Under the pieces are notes generated by a model. The model was not told the origin of the DNA, did no database searches, and worked only from the letters and a program-made list of their open reading frames with translations. Below, piece by piece: positions 19,736 to 29,239 of a DNA stretch of 64,000 nt. Source of the stretch: an uncultured Bdellovibrio sp. GTDB lineage: Bacteria; Bdellovibrionota; Bdellovibrionia; Bdellovibrionales; Bdellovibrionaceae. The stretch is from contig CAWVRN010000002.1 of assembly GCA_963932905.1 (NCBI GenBank), positions 32,001 to 96,000 of the forward strand, given 5' to 3'. The first letter of the stretch is position 1. Each line of letters begins with the position of its first letter. The position numbers and the translations under genes were made by a program.

Positions 19736-19832
19736 TTAATACACTGGAATTTCACCAAGAATAATTTTCTAGCCTATTGCGTATTTTTGTCGCACATTTT
19801 ATAGTGTGCGTTATAAACGTCTAAGGGGTCAT

Positions 19833-20813
19833 ATGTCATTAGAAACATCGAAACACGAATCAAGAACATCGGCTCAACCTAAAGAAACTCTACGTAAAGT
19901 TCCTACGTTAAGTTTGAAAGACTACACTCACGGTAGTGAAGAGCAAAAAAACCAATTCATTCTTGGTTTGTTTAACGGAATCAAAGACTACGGTTTCATC
20001 ATTCTAAAGGACCACCCAGTACGCGCTGAACTTATTAATCGCGCTTATGAAATTCTAGAGGCGTTTTACAAATTACCTACTGAAGCAAAAAAGAAATATA
20101 TATCTCCCGCTGGTGGCGGACAAAAAGGTTACACTCCGTTTGGTAAAGAACACGCTAAAGACGCATCGGTAATGGATTTAAAAGAATTCTACCATGTTGG
20201 TCGTGAAACGGCTGACGAGAAAAATATTTGGCCAACGGAAATGCCCGAATTCAAATTGATTTTCTCGCAGTTATACAATGATCTAGAAAAAGCGGGCATG
20301 ATCATGATGGAAGCTTTGACTGGTCCACTTCAAGTTGAGAAAGATTTTTTCACTAAAAAGGTGACTGGCGGAGTTTCTATTCTAAGACTTCTTCATTACC
20401 CACCAATTCCTGAAGGTGTTGATCCACGTTGTTTACGTGCGGCTCCACACGAAGATATTAATTTTATCACTTTACTTCCAGCGGCCACTGCTTCTGGTTT
20501 GCAATTAAAAGATAGAAATGGCGAATGGTTAGATGTTGTTTCTGAGAACAATACTTTGATCGTTGATGCTGGCGATATGTTAGCTCGTATGACGAACGAT
20601 GTGATTCCATCAACAACTCACCAAGTTGTAAACACAGAAGAGGGTCGTGTGAAGAGCCGCTATTCAATGCCATTCTTCATGCACCCACGTCCAGAAGCTA
20701 GTCTTGCGTGCTTGCCATCGTGCCGTGGTGATAAAGAAAAATATCCACCGATCACAGCGGGCGAGTTTTTAACTCAGCGATTGATCGAAATCGGTTTGTT
20801 ACCGAAACAATAG
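19833..20813 (+). CDS. Isopenicillin N synthase-family 2OG-Fe(II) dioxygenase
   Basis: LRLLHYP, HED iron motif, distal His (STTHQV), RYS. Confidence 0.88.
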   Translation: MSLETSKHESRTSAQPKETLRKVPTLSLKDYTHGSEEQKNQFILGLFNGIKDYGFIILKDHPVRAELINRAYEILEAFYKLPTEAKKKYISPAGGGQKGYTPFGKEHAKDASVMDLKEFYHVGRETADEKNIWPTEMPEFKLIFSQLYNDLEKAGMIMMEALTGPLQVEKDFFTKKVTGGVSILRLLHYPPIPEGVDPRCLRAAPHEDINFITLLPAATASGLQLKDRNGEWLDVVSENNTLIVDAGDMLARMTNDVIPSTTHQVVNTEEGRVKSRYSMPFFMHPRPEASLACLPSCRGDKEKYPPITAGEFLTQRLIEIGLLPKQ

Positions 20814-20816
20814 TAA

Positions 20817-21743
20817 TTGTTCTTTAAGGGTTGGCGTTTCGCCGGGGGCTATTTGAAGAAATTTTTTGTATTAATATTTTTATTCCAAAGTGTTTCTTCT
20901 CTAGCTCAAGTGGCGGCTAATACCGATTTGCCTGAAGTAAAACTGCGCATGATTTATATGAATCGTGATTCATTTATTAAACCGTGTGCAGCGAATCCGT
21001 CACCGTGTGGTTTGACTCCGGCGGAATTAAAACAAGCTACTGATCTATTGGCGGCTTCGCCGATGTTTCAAGGCCTTGAATTTACGAGTTCGTCATGGAT
21101 GCCTCAGTTGCCAACGACGCCGGGAACTGGCCGACAAACTCCATTGTATACATCTGAAAAAATGATGGGTGCAAAAATCATGGTGAACAGCGCGCGGTTG
21201 TTAAATGCGCCGTTTAAACCCGTGGCTCCGTTTGAATTGTATGTAGAATCAATGCTGGGTTATATGTTTTTTCAGCCGTCTCAGAAACTAGCACCAACTG
21301 CGGCGTTGGCGAAAAAGTTTTCTTTGTTCTGGGGGCAGCTATTTAAATCCTATGGTTTAGATCAACTCAAAGAAGATCGTATTGAACTTTTGGTTTTCAA
21401 AAACAAAGAAGTTCGTGTGATGTTACTAGATTCGTATCAAGCTCATTTTCTAAATCCCTACATTTTGAAAAATTTGAAATGTGATGCTGGTTCCGCAGCT
21501 AATTTATTGACGAGCTATTCAAATTTAGGTTGGACGCAGTACAAACCGAGCACAACGGGTTCTAAAGCTAGTGGTCGTATGCAGGTCACTTATGAATGTG
21601 CGTCTTCATCGGCCAGACAAGCGATGGCTGCTGAGTTAACATTTGAAACTGAGTTCCTTGGCGCCGATAAAAAACAATGGAACAACGCTAACTTTCTTGT
21701 GAAGGTGGGCGCCTCTCGTCGTGGTGGAGCCGTTCGTAGATGA
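20817..21743 (+). CDS. Hypothetical secreted protein
   Basis: 308-aa ORF with signal-peptide-like N-terminus and paired Cys; start uncertain. Confidence 0.6.
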   Translation: MFFKGWRFAGGYLKKFFVLIFLFQSVSSLAQVAANTDLPEVKLRMIYMNRDSFIKPCAANPSPCGLTPAELKQATDLLAASPMFQGLEFTSSSWMPQLPTTPGTGRQTPLYTSEKMMGAKIMVNSARLLNAPFKPVAPFELYVESMLGYMFFQPSQKLAPTAALAKKFSLFWGQLFKSYGLDQLKEDRIELLVFKNKEVRVMLLDSYQAHFLNPYILKNLKCDAGSAANLLTSYSNLGWTQYKPSTTGSKASGRMQVTYECASSSARQAMAAELTFETEFLGADKKQWNNANFLVKVGASRRGGAVRR

Positions 21744-22480
21744 GATTTTATCTAATCATCACTATCGTTGCCGTTTCTATGTACTTGCTGCTTAGACCAA
21801 GTGGTTCGCCATCGACGACGGATTCGACGAGTGCCTCGGTCTCGGAATCGACAGCGTCAGTGGAAGCTGCCGAGCCTTCTTCGGCAGCGGCCTCATCCAT
21901 GGTGAGCCAGCCAGCTATATCTGTACCGGCCGTTCCTGCGGATGCTGATAGCGGTGTCATCGGCCGAAGCAACATAGCTTTGATGTTGAATAAACTGAGT
22001 GAGTGCACAGAAATCAAAAATACTGTTCCGTCGGGTCCTGTGGAACCCGTGTTGTCTTCGGTGTTGGATTCAGTTCAAGCGGAATTGGGCGAACCGGTCA
22101 TTCGATCTGAAGACTGGAATACGACGGAAATCAACACGGCCGATGGTGGCAAACGGGTTATTAAAATTGAAACTGTATACGAAGATGATGATATCATTAA
22201 ACGTCTTAAATACTATCAAGTGACAGGCGATGCGCTCGTTCCGTTAGAACTAACATCGGAACAATCCGTTAATCCATCGGAAACGTTTTTAGCCTCTTTA
22301 GAAAAAGAAGGCGAAGTCAGCAGCCGTGAGCGCAGTGAACGTGTATTTTTTCAAAACGGAGAGGAAGTTACGTACACTGAACGTAACGGCAAATTACTGA
22401 ATACTGAAATCATTCGCGCGGGTAAATCCTTAAAGTGTAATGATTACGGCATGTCTTCGTTTAAGTGTCAGTGTTTTTAA
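21740..22480 (+). CDS. Hypothetical membrane-anchored protein
   Basis: N-terminal TM helix, Ser/Ala linker, C-terminal CQC; ATGA overlap with the upstream gene. Confidence 0.65.
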   Translation: MRFYLIITIVAVSMYLLLRPSGSPSTTDSTSASVSESTASVEAAEPSSAAASSMVSQPAISVPAVPADADSGVIGRSNIALMLNKLSECTEIKNTVPSGPVEPVLSSVLDSVQAELGEPVIRSEDWNTTEINTADGGKRVIKIETVYEDDDIIKRLKYYQVTGDALVPLELTSEQSVNPSETFLASLEKEGEVSSRERSERVFFQNGEEVTYTERNGKLLNTEIIRAGKSLKCNDYGMSSFKCQCF

Positions 22481-22758
22481 TCTTGCGCTTCTAATTTTTT
22501 TATATTTTCTTGGGTTTGTTTTAATAGTTTTTGGTTCTCTTGTTCAATTTTGACCAGATTTTCTTTATCTCTTTTTGACAAGTCGGATCGTTTGTGGAGA
22601 TCTTTGTAAGTCTTGCGGCTGTCTTTTGCGAACTGGACGACGAGTTTCATTTCCTCTATGACCTTACGGTTGAGCTTTTCGGTGTCGGATTCTTTTTTTG
22701 ATTTGATAGCACCGAGAGATTGGATTGCGATGAATAATATTAAAATACATTTTGCCAT
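22477..22758 (-). CDS. Hypothetical small secreted coiled-coil protein
   Basis: ATG 22758 gives a signal-peptide-like N-terminus followed by K/E-rich helices. Confidence 0.5.
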   Translation of the reverse strand: MAKCILILFIAIQSLGAIKSKKESDTEKLNRKVIEEMKLVVQFAKDSRKTYKDLHKRSDLSKRDKENLVKIEQENQKLLKQTQENIKKLEAQD

Positions 22759-22842
22759 GTCTTCGAGCTTATCAAAGAGTTGGCCGTAACTTGATGTAAG
22801 TGATTTGGATTTAGAATTCGAAATTTGATTTGGCCGAAAGCG

Positions 22843-22873
22843 AAAAAAGGCGCCGGACAAAATCCAGCGCCTT
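22843..22873 (-). terminator. Intrinsic terminator after valS
   Basis: Minus strand AAGGCGCTGGATTTTGTCCGGCGCCTTTTTT. Confidence 0.8.
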
Positions 22874-22887
22874 GAAATAGAAACTAG

Positions 22888-25584
22888 CTAATTCTGAAAA
22901 CGAACCAAAGATTCTTGTAGGGCTACGATGCGAACTTTAGATTGCTCTAATAGTTCACGGTCAGCCTTAACAACCTCTTCATCGGCGTTGGCTAAGAATT
23001 TTTCGTTGCTAAGTTTGCCGCTTAGGATGCTGATATCTTTTTGCAGTTTTTCAACCAGCTTTTGGATACGTTTCACTTCTTCTTCGATGTCTACAATGCC
23101 TTCCAGTGGAATGATCACTTTGGCTGCTAGACCTGCCTGTGCGATCGAATTTACAGCGCATTTTGACATGTTTCCTTCGGCACCGATTTGGGTCACTTCA
23201 ACGCGGGCCAGTGTTTCGATCACTGTTTTGTTTTCGCCCACGATTTTTTGTGCGCGTTCTTCATCGATACCGATTCTGATTTTTAATTTCTCGGCAGGAG
23301 AAATTCTGTTTTCACCTCGGATATTGCGAATCGCTGAAATGATGTCTTTGATGAAATCCACTTCTTGCGAAACGGCTTCGGAACCGAATTCTAATAATGC
23401 CCGATCAGAACGAATGTTTGGATACGCATCCGTGATACACGCTGTATTTCTGATAGGAAGCTTTTGGTAAATTTCTTCCGTGATGAACGGGCAGAATGGG
23501 TGAAGCAAGCGGATGAAACGATTCATCACTTGCGCCATCACCAACTGAGTCGCCTTGCGCTCATTTTGACGATCGCTGGTTAGAATTGGTTTCGAGAATT
23601 CGATGTACCAATCACAGAATTCATTCCAAATGAATTGGTATAAAGCCGTTGCAGCGTCGGAGAAACGTTCTTGTTCTAACGCCTCTTCGATATTTTTTTC
23701 TAACACACCCAGTTTAGTCAGGATCCATTGATCAAATAAACTCATGTAGGCTTTTTGTGGAAGCGCTTTTTCTTTTTCCGCAGGAACTTCGAAATCTTTT
23801 AAGTGAGTCAGCGCATAGCGGGACGCATTCCAGATTTTATTCATGAAATTGCGGTAGCCTTCTAAACGTTGTTCCGAGAATTTCAAATCACGGCCCGAGA
23901 ACAAGTGAGCTAAAAATGAAAAACGAAGTGCATCGGCACCGTGTTTTTCAATCATCTCTACAGGATCAACAGAATTACCAAGGCTCTTCGACATTTTCTG
24001 TCCATTGGCATCGCGAACTAATCCGTGGATATACACTGTACGGAACGGAACATCGCGCTTGAATTCAAGGCCCATCATAATCATGCGGGCTACCCAGAAG
24101 AAAATAATATCATGACCGGTAACTAAATAATTAGTAGGGTAGAATGTTTTCTGTGTTTCTGTATCATTCGGCCAGCCCATCGTTGAAAACGGCCATAGAG
24201 CAGAACTGAACCAAGTATCTAAAACGTCTTCATCCTGAGTGATATTTTTTTGTCCGCACTTTTCACACGCATGAGGCGCTGTTTCAGCCACAGTGATAGT
24301 GCCGCAATCCGCGCAGTTCCACGCCGGAATACGATGTCCCCACCAAAGCTGGCGAGAAATACACCAGTCTTCGATAATGTTCATCCAGTGAAGATAAACT
24401 TTTGTCCAACTTTCTGGCTCGAAACGGATGGTGCCGCTTTCAACTACGCGTTTCGCCGGCGTAGCTAAGTTTTCTGTTTTAACGAACCATTGCTCTGACA
24501 AGAATGGCTCAACAACGGCGCCGGAACGCGAGCAGTGACCAACAGAATGAACATGTGGTTCTTCTTTTTCCATCAAACCAAGTTCTTTTAATTTTTCTAC
24601 AACTTGTTTGCGGGCTTCTTGAACTTTAAGGCCTTTGTATGGGCCTGCGTTTTCATTAAGCTCCGTTTTTTTATCCAAGATGTTGATGAATTCTAATTTA
24701 TGTTTAACACCGATTTTGTAATCGTTGAAATCGTGCGCCGGAGTGATCTTCACAACGCCAGAACCGAATTCTTTATCCACATACGTGTCGGCAATTACAG
24801 GAATCGCGCGATTGATGATCGGGATGATTACCTTTTTGCCAACAAGATGTTTATAGCGTTCATCATCAGGGTGAACACAAACAGCCGAATCGCCCAGCAT
24901 AGTTTCTGGACGAGTCGTAGCGATCACAACGAAATCTGAAGTGCCTTGGATTTGGTACTTGATATGGTACATCGTACCTTTGATTTGTTTGTGTTCAACT
25001 TCAAGGTCTGAAATTGCGGTTTCTAAAGGACCGCTCCAGTTAACCAGGCGTTTGCCTTTATAGATCCAGCCTTTTTTGTAAAGGTGAACGAAAACTTTGT
25101 TAACGGCTTTGGAAACGTTGTCATCCAAAGTGAACGTTGCTCGTTCCCAATCACACGAATCACCTAGGCGACGCATTTGATTGTAAATGCGATCGCCGTA
25201 GAGTTTTTTCCATTCCCAAATTTTTTCCACGAATTTTTCGCGGCCTAATTGATGACGAGTAACATTTGTTTTCTTTAATTCTTTTTCAACAACCGTTTGA
25301 GTCGCGATACCGGCGTGATCAGTGCCCGGCAACCACATAACGTTGAAACCTTGCATCCGTTTCCAACGAACTAATAAATCCTGAATCGTGTGATCAAGCG
25401 CATGACCCATGTGCAAGAACCCAGTGACATTCGGCGGAGGCAAAATAATGCTAAACGGAGGCTTGTGAGATTGATCAACAGATTTAAAATAACCGCTACT
25501 TTCCCACCAAGTGTATATTTTAGTTTCAACTTCATTTGGGTGATAACGATCCGACAATTCATTTTGAGTATTTTGTGAATTCAT
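22888..25584 (-). CDS. valS: Valine--tRNA ligase
   Basis: PPPNVTG, HMGH, DWCISRQLWWGH, KMSKS, C-terminal coiled coil; start is 25584 or 25602. Confidence 0.98.
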   Translation of the reverse strand: MNSQNTQNELSDRYHPNEVETKIYTWWESSGYFKSVDQSHKPPFSIILPPPNVTGFLHMGHALDHTIQDLLVRWKRMQGFNVMWLPGTDHAGIATQTVVEKELKKTNVTRHQLGREKFVEKIWEWKKLYGDRIYNQMRRLGDSCDWERATFTLDDNVSKAVNKVFVHLYKKGWIYKGKRLVNWSGPLETAISDLEVEHKQIKGTMYHIKYQIQGTSDFVVIATTRPETMLGDSAVCVHPDDERYKHLVGKKVIIPIINRAIPVIADTYVDKEFGSGVVKITPAHDFNDYKIGVKHKLEFINILDKKTELNENAGPYKGLKVQEARKQVVEKLKELGLMEKEEPHVHSVGHCSRSGAVVEPFLSEQWFVKTENLATPAKRVVESGTIRFEPESWTKVYLHWMNIIEDWCISRQLWWGHRIPAWNCADCGTITVAETAPHACEKCGQKNITQDEDVLDTWFSSALWPFSTMGWPNDTETQKTFYPTNYLVTGHDIIFFWVARMIMMGLEFKRDVPFRTVYIHGLVRDANGQKMSKSLGNSVDPVEMIEKHGADALRFSFLAHLFSGRDLKFSEQRLEGYRNFMNKIWNASRYALTHLKDFEVPAEKEKALPQKAYMSLFDQWILTKLGVLEKNIEEALEQERFSDAATALYQFIWNEFCDWYIEFSKPILTSDRQNERKATQLVMAQVMNRFIRLLHPFCPFITEEIYQKLPIRNTACITDAYPNIRSDRALLEFGSEAVSQEVDFIKDIISAIRNIRGENRISPAEKLKIRIGIDEERAQKIVGENKTVIETLARVEVTQIGAEGNMSKCAVNSIAQAGLAAKVIIPLEGIVDIEEEVKRIQKLVEKLQKDISILSGKLSNEKFLANADEEVVKADRELLEQSKVRIVALQESLVRFQN

Positions 25585-25633
25585 AGGCTTGTAGGGTATC
25601 ATAAGTAGCCGGCATCATTCAACTTATAGGAGG

Positions 25634-26407
25634 CTAGGGCTGGGTCTGACCGGACGCACAACATTTGTAGTATAGCTCGATATTGCCCTGAGAGAGACTG
25701 TCATAAAAAACACTCTGACTTGTGTATTGAGTTTTTGCTACATGGGCTTGCTCCGACATAGAGGGGCTTAAAATCACTTTACGAGACGGATGAACAGTTA
25801 CCGGCAAGACTAGATCAGAATATTCCGTTAGCTTTTGCGTGAGCAGTTGGTAGGTCCAATGGGATAGATATGTTTTTACATATTTAGCATTAAAGAAATC
25901 CTGTATAAATAGTGTTTTCTGACTGTCAGAGTAAGATCCGATTCTGATTTCCGTTTGGTTCAAAACGGTTTTGTAAGGCGAATCCTCATAGAACTCTAGA
26001 TCGAAGTCAGAAAATGTCTTAATAGCTGCCTCGAAGGTGATCAAATGATCGATATGCCAACCAATGCCCAAAGGAGAATAGATCTTTACTGCCTTAGGGA
26101 TTTCATTTTTTAGACGTCTTAGTTCGTCGATCAGTTGCTTGATAGTTTGAGCTTCTTCGGAAATATTTTGAAACAAAACATCTGAACTGCCTCTACGAAT
26201 TGGTGCGTCTTCAAATCCGAGAAGTCGCTGAGTACACCCTAAAATTCGAGTCGCTTTGAAATCTTCGTTGATTCTGTCGCGATTGCCCTCAGAAAAAACA
26301 GTGACGATTTCGACATCATCCCCTTGATCCACGCACTGTTGAATCCGACCCGCGCAGGAAAAAATAGCATCATCTAAATGTGGTGATAAGAAAACTACTC
26401 GTCCCAT
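25634..26407 (-). CDS. PIG-L/LmbE-family N-deacetylase
   Basis: SPHLDD, HIDH, YEDSPY, YTSQ motifs. Confidence 0.85.
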   Translation of the reverse strand: MGRVVFLSPHLDDAIFSCAGRIQQCVDQGDDVEIVTVFSEGNRDRINEDFKATRILGCTQRLLGFEDAPIRRGSSDVLFQNISEEAQTIKQLIDELRRLKNEIPKAVKIYSPLGIGWHIDHLITFEAAIKTFSDFDLEFYEDSPYKTVLNQTEIRIGSYSDSQKTLFIQDFFNAKYVKTYLSHWTYQLLTQKLTEYSDLVLPVTVHPSRKVILSPSMSEQAHVAKTQYTSQSVFYDSLSQGNIELYYKCCASGQTQP

Positions 26408-27135
26408 AGTGCCGCTCCGACACCGTAGCCAAGTGTCACAATAAGACTTTTACCGGGAACAAGGTGATTCTGTTCGTAGATTTGCCTGGCTGTTAAAACA
26501 GCATCATTCATAAATTCTATGTCCGCGTTGGTAATTCCGGCAAAAAGATTTTTTAGATTGCCCTCTAAACCCTCATAGGTCGATGGTTCGGCGTTTAGCT
26601 GATGATCCATTTTTAAAGGCAGTGCTAGGCCAATTTTTTTAGGTGAGGACTGGCCCAGTAGTTTTGAAAATTGGTTTCTAATTTTGATTTTACTGTCTGT
26701 ATTTGAAATATTTTGCGGAGATGTCGAACACCTGATTGGAAATTGATTTAGGTCTCTTTGCCATACCTGTTTTCCTTTAGGTGTATAGCATTTAATAGTT
26801 GTTTGACCCCAATCAATAGTGACATCGTAGGCATAAAGGCAAGTAAGGTCTTCGATTAACTTGATATCAAAGGGCAGATCTGTGTTTGCCAACTTTTTGA
26901 AAATCAATTGCGCTTTGCCACCGGCCAAGTAAAGGGTTTTAAAATTCTTTGCGTGAACTAAAGCGCTCTGGTCGGATTCATACAGTACAGTTGCAGTTCC
27001 GCGATACAATTTGCTTAAAAACTCAAACAACGCCAAATCTAAATAGTCTTCGGCCACCTTGAACAATGATCCCTGTGAGGTTTGACCATGCCAAATTTCA
27101 AGAGGTCGCAATTTTGGATGCTCATAGAGCCTCAT
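26395..27135 (-). CDS. ROK-family sugar-kinase-like protein, apparently circularly permuted
   Basis: IDWGQTTIK, IGLALP, MNDA and VTLGYGVGAA lie in the C-terminal half; LEIWH and LYLAGG lie in the N-terminal half; ATG overlaps the TGA of the upstream gene. Confidence 0.6.
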   Translation of the reverse strand: MRLYEHPKLRPLEIWHGQTSQGSLFKVAEDYLDLALFEFLSKLYRGTATVLYESDQSALVHAKNFKTLYLAGGKAQLIFKKLANTDLPFDIKLIEDLTCLYAYDVTIDWGQTTIKCYTPKGKQVWQRDLNQFPIRCSTSPQNISNTDSKIKIRNQFSKLLGQSSPKKIGLALPLKMDHQLNAEPSTYEGLEGNLKNLFAGITNADIEFMNDAVLTARQIYEQNHLVPGKSLIVTLGYGVGAALWDE

Positions 27136-28082
27136 GTTAAATCCTTGGTTTCTACCACTGGCTTCCAAGTGGGGCAGTACTGTTTTGATAAATATCTGTA
27201 GTAAAATTTTTCCAATTCATAGCCTGCTTTGCAAAGATACAGACCTATTAGAAATAACATGTAGTAGCTGATTTCAGAAATAGGACGATTGAGAATTAGT
27301 TTTTTCTGTAATCGGCGCCTTCCGAAATTTTGATGCGTTTTAACCGTTTCAGGAAAAAAATAATTTAAACGTTCAATTTCCAATTTCATTCTTTGGTACT
27401 TTCTATACATTCCCTGCAATGTTTCAGGTGGGCGATACCATATTGCAGTTTGAGTGCAGAAAATACTTTCTGGTCCGTAGCGTTTTAACAAATCACGTGA
27501 AATAAAAATATCGTCACAGCGTATTCCGGCTTCTAAATTAAGAAAATTGTCATTGTCTTCGGCGTTCCAAATCAAAGATGTCTTTTCGGGAATGGACCAA
27601 TTGCGAATGGCAAACAGCTGACCATTAAGATACTGCCGACGGTTTTGATAACCATTGTTTAAATTGTAAAGATAAAGTGCGCGAGCCAGAGGTGATTTGC
27701 GCTTTGGTTGCAAAGGGTATTTTTCCGAGTAGGCCACTTGCAAATTATTATTTTCTATCATGCTTTTGCAGATTTCAGTAATGCAATCTTTTTCAATGAT
27801 TAAATCAGCATCGCTAAAAATCAAAAATGAAGCCTCCGGTTTCATTTTTTTTAAAAAACGTTGAGCTTCAACCAGTCCACCAGTGGTATGCCACACATTG
27901 ATAAACGGAACTGTATTTAGAAAAACTTCAGAGTCATCGGAATTATCATTCAGTAATGCATGAACTTCAAATTGAATTCCTAGTTGAGTTGTTGCAAAGT
28001 CGACCGATTCTTTTAAACTGGCAATTAAAACCGGTAGGTTTTTGGATTCATTCTTGGCTGTGATTCCAATTGGAATGATCAT
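27132..28082 (-). CDS. GT-A fold glycosyltransferase (GT2-like)
   Basis: IGITAKNE, DNSDDS, FSDAD (DxD), NGQLFAIR, CDD. Confidence 0.75.
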   Translation of the reverse strand: MIIPIGITAKNESKNLPVLIASLKESVDFATTQLGIQFEVHALLNDNSDDSEVFLNTVPFINVWHTTGGLVEAQRFLKKMKPEASFLIFSDADLIIEKDCITEICKSMIENNNLQVAYSEKYPLQPKRKSPLARALYLYNLNNGYQNRRQYLNGQLFAIRNWSIPEKTSLIWNAEDNDNFLNLEAGIRCDDIFISRDLLKRYGPESIFCTQTAIWYRPPETLQGMYRKYQRMKLEIERLNYFFPETVKTHQNFGRRRLQKKLILNRPISEISYYMLFLIGLYLCKAGYELEKFYYRYLSKQYCPTWKPVVETKDLT

Positions 28083-29239
28083 ATTAATGCCTCGATCAGT
28101 TCGGCACTTTTTCGTGAGCCGTCTATTTGATAGCTTCGTGCTACGCGGTTGATATTTGTTTCAATTTCACGGCTGTTTAATATCTGTTTGATTCTTTCTT
28201 TAATTTGGATGGTGCTAAGTTTTCTGATATCCTCGACCAAGCCAATTCCTGATTTATTTACATAGTGACCTTGATGAAATTGATCATTGCACATAGGAGT
28301 TACCCATAGTTTTGTTTGGAAATAAATTGATTCCATAACCGAGTTGGCGCCTCCGTGGGTGATAAACAATGTGCTTTTAGGCAAAATTTCTAGTTGAGGA
28401 GCGTACCTATAGAGCGTGACATGATCAGGCTTTTGCAGTTTTTCTATTAAGTCACCCACCGAAAGAATCAAACGCCAATTCTCGCCTTGAGTTGCCGTCA
28501 TTAGTTTTTCAAAAATTTCTGGCCAGTAAAAAATCTGACTTCCAAAAGAGGCGTATATGGTTAGTTCTTCATTGTTTTCTATGACGACCGTTTCATCTCC
28601 TCGGTTTTTTATTGGTAACGAGGGACCCACCATATGAACGTCGCTTCCTCTTTCACCAACAAACTCTGGCGTACAAAAGGCAATCGTTAAATATTTTGAC
28701 AGAGCATCACAGCCTTTAAAATCAACTTTCACATCAAAAGTTTGAAAGAGTTTGTCTCGTTGGATTCTTATTTCCTGTAAGGTGTCGAGTAAATCACTTG
28801 TTACATCACCTTCTAGGACTGGATTTAAAGAGTTAGACATCGAAACCCATGGAATACCACTTAACTCGGCGGCGATCACAGACGTGTAAGCCAACGGGTC
28901 AATGACCAAAACATCTGGCCTGACTAATTTTAGCCAGTCCAATTGTCTGGTCACGTCTTCTTTGGAAACATTCAAAAGTAAGCTCTGTATCCACTTTTTC
29001 ATGGCAATTTTGTTGTTTACTAAATCGACCAGCTCTTTACCTCTCATGGGTTGTTCTGGTGCTTTTTTAGATACTAAAGAGAGATCAAATTCCAAACCTG
29101 CTTTTTCAATTTGTTCAGAAATATTCCCGATAGATGCAAACGAAACTCTATTTCCATTTTTTTGTAGAGCTTGCGCGGGGCCAATGTAAGGATTGATGTG
29201 CCCCTTTTCAGGAAGCACTAAAAAAATTATTTTTTTCAT
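28079..29239 (-). CDS. GT1/MGT-family small-molecule glycosyltransferase
   Basis: GHINP, APQLEIL, FITHGGANSVME, NDQ (PSPG-like box). Confidence 0.9.
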   Translation of the reverse strand: MKKIIFLVLPEKGHINPYIGPAQALQKNGNRVSFASIGNISEQIEKAGLEFDLSLVSKKAPEQPMRGKELVDLVNNKIAMKKWIQSLLLNVSKEDVTRQLDWLKLVRPDVLVIDPLAYTSVIAAELSGIPWVSMSNSLNPVLEGDVTSDLLDTLQEIRIQRDKLFQTFDVKVDFKGCDALSKYLTIAFCTPEFVGERGSDVHMVGPSLPIKNRGDETVVIENNEELTIYASFGSQIFYWPEIFEKLMTATQGENWRLILSVGDLIEKLQKPDHVTLYRYAPQLEILPKSTLFITHGGANSVMESIYFQTKLWVTPMCNDQFHQGHYVNKSGIGLVEDIRKLSTIQIKERIKQILNSREIETNINRVARSYQIDGSRKSAELIEALI

